The notes under the pieces are model-generated. The model did not search any database. It saw nothing but the letters and a program-made list of their open reading frames with translations, and was not told the origin of the DNA. A DNA stretch of 64,000 nucleotides from a virus, in IMG/VR virus record IMGVR_UViG_3300045988_176431, positions 128,001 through 192,000 of that record; one strand, written 5' to 3'. Both the position numbers and the translations under genes were made by a program. Below, in pieces: positions 62,859-64,000 of this stretch. Positions within the stretch are counted from its first letter, which is position 1; each line of letters opens with the position of its first letter.

Positions 62859-64000
62859 ATGTTGACAGCAAATGAATTAATTGAATTAAAAAAACTGATT
62901 GATGCACAGATAAAGAGACGATGTGGATATGGACCAATGCAAGAAGTTGGTGATTTCGAAGAAACACCAAAAGCAGGTGGAATTATAAAAGCAGAACAAG
63001 GAGAAAAAATTATTTCTCCCATTCTTGAAGTAGAAGATGTATCGGGATTAACTTTAACAATAGATTCGTATCATACCTCTACAACAAATTTAAAAGCTCA
63101 TATCGAAGTGGGAACTCCAATTCCTAAAAATTTTAATAAAAATTTATTTGATATTGTACATAAGCTATCAGAAGAAACGATGCAAAATCAAGCATCATGT
63201 TGTCGTGGTGCGTGTACAGGACTTTGCTATGGTACATGCTCATCGTTTTGTAGTGGGTGTTCTGGTAGTTGCGGTACAGGTTGTGGGTCAAATTGTACAA
63301 AAACGTGTGGAAATAGTTGTGGAAACTGTACAAGATCATGTACGGCAACTTGTGGAGGAAGTTGTTTTGCTTCATGTGGTGCTGATTGTACTGGAGGATG
63401 TACTGGATCATGTTCTGCAGGTTGTGATGGATGTTCTGGTAGTTGTGGTACTGCATGTACATCCGGATGTACAGGATGCTCTGGATGTTCTAATGGTTGT
63501 ACTGGTAGTTGTGAAAATGGCTGTGAGTTTGGTTGTATACATGGATGTAAAGGCTGTACTGGCACTTGTGGAAATAGTTGTAGTGGTTGTCAAGGATGTA
63601 CTACTGGTTGTTCTGGAGGATGTTCAGGATGTAAGGCATCATGTGGTTCTGAATGTGCAGCATCATGTGGAAATAAATGTACTGGATGTGGTGACAGTTG
63701 TCACAGTGATTGTGGTGGATCATGTTCAAATTCCTGCTCAAATTTCTGTGCTAACGGATGTAATACTTGTTCATCTGGTTGCACAGGTGGATGTACTGGG
63801 CATTGTTATGGATGTACAGGTACTTGTGGTAATACTTGTGGTGGAGGATGCGGCTCTACATGTTCAAGCAGTTGCATTGGTTGTTCTGGATGCGGTGGAA
63901 CATGTTCTTCTAGTTGTGGTGGATGTACTACGACGTGTGACCATAGTTGTTCGGGATGTTCTGCAAGTTGTGGTGGATGTGACGGTGATTGTGCGAATTC
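62859..64000 (+). CDS. Cys-ladder repeat protein (3' end outside window; absent from ORF track)
   Basis: ATG 62859 lies 7 nt after the tail-fibre stop. Hand translation gives a normal ~112-aa N-terminal domain. About 270 residues then carry about 70 Cys, mostly at C-x3-C spacing (e.g. CTGSCSAGCDGCSGSCGTACTSGCTGCSGC), and the frame is open to the window end. Confidence 0.8.
   Translation, partial: MLTANELIELKKLIDAQIKRRCGYGPMQEVGDFEETPKAGGIIKAEQGEKIISPILEVEDVSGLTLTIDSYHTSTTNLKAHIEVGTPIPKNFNKNLFDIVHKLSEETMQNQASCCRGACTGLCYGTCSSFCSGCSGSCGTGCGSNCTKTCGNSCGNCTRSCTATCGGSCFASCGADCTGGCTGSCSAGCDGCSGSCGTACTSGCTGCSGCSNGCTGSCENGCEFGCIHGCKGCTGTCGNSCSGCQGCTTGCSGGCSGCKASCGSECAASCGNKCTGCGDSCHSDCGGSCSNSCSNFCANGCNTCSSGCTGGCTGHCYGCTGTCGNTCGGGCGSTCSSSCIGCSGCGGTCSSSCGGCTTTCDHSCSGCSASCGGCDGDCAN

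Noticed and set aside
63133-63593. Three minus-strand ORFs (His/Pro/Gln/Thr-rich, 61-112 aa) in the last kilobase.
   Set aside because: They are antisense shadows of the TGT/GGT-periodic Cys-repeat gene on the plus strand. They have no SD and low-complexity composition dictated by the opposite strand.
1-64000. Genome-wide stop-codon reassignment (TAG or TGA recoding), as seen in some gut megaphages.
   Set aside because: ORFs of 1826, 1168, 807, 760, 756, 747 and 735 aa are intact under the standard code. TAG (343, 49549), TGA (19889, 33141, 35550) and TAA all terminate well-supported genes. Only one small ORF has an internal TAG.

Overview
AT-rich, densely coding segment that looks like part of a large tailed dsDNA phage (jumbo-myovirus-like) infecting a low-GC host. 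The standard genetic code fits: ORFs of 1826, 1168, 807, 760 and 756 aa are uninterrupted. Families recognised from motifs: NAD-dependent DNA ligase; a family-B DNA polymerase fragment (exonuclease plus motif A only); a DnaB-type helicase split by a ~371-nt group-I-like intron; a T4 gp21-like prohead protease; a full-length beta-prime-like RNA polymerase subunit; a DUF2829/Tad2-like protein; YdcK-like beta-helix proteins; and two HExxH metallopeptidase-like paralogs. Putative sheath/tube, major capsid and tail-fibre calls rest on size, order and context. Strongest second-look items: (1) a perfect 206-bp inverted repeat flanking a 256-bp segment that carries the promoter motif, SD and first 38 codons of a putative receptor-binding protein, set to flip between two divergent C-terminal cassettes, with no recombinase in the window; (2) a protein with about 70 cysteines at C-x3-C spacing just downstream of the tail-fibre gene; (3) an A-tract/ACA promoter-like motif 32-51 nt upstream of at least 16 genes on both strands; (4) a 50-bp 'gene end plus terminator' repeat bracketing accessory cassettes; (5) a promoter- and terminator-bounded ~250-nt non-coding unit. 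No tRNA, rRNA or CRISPR array was seen. All functions are inferred by eye from motifs, without database searches.
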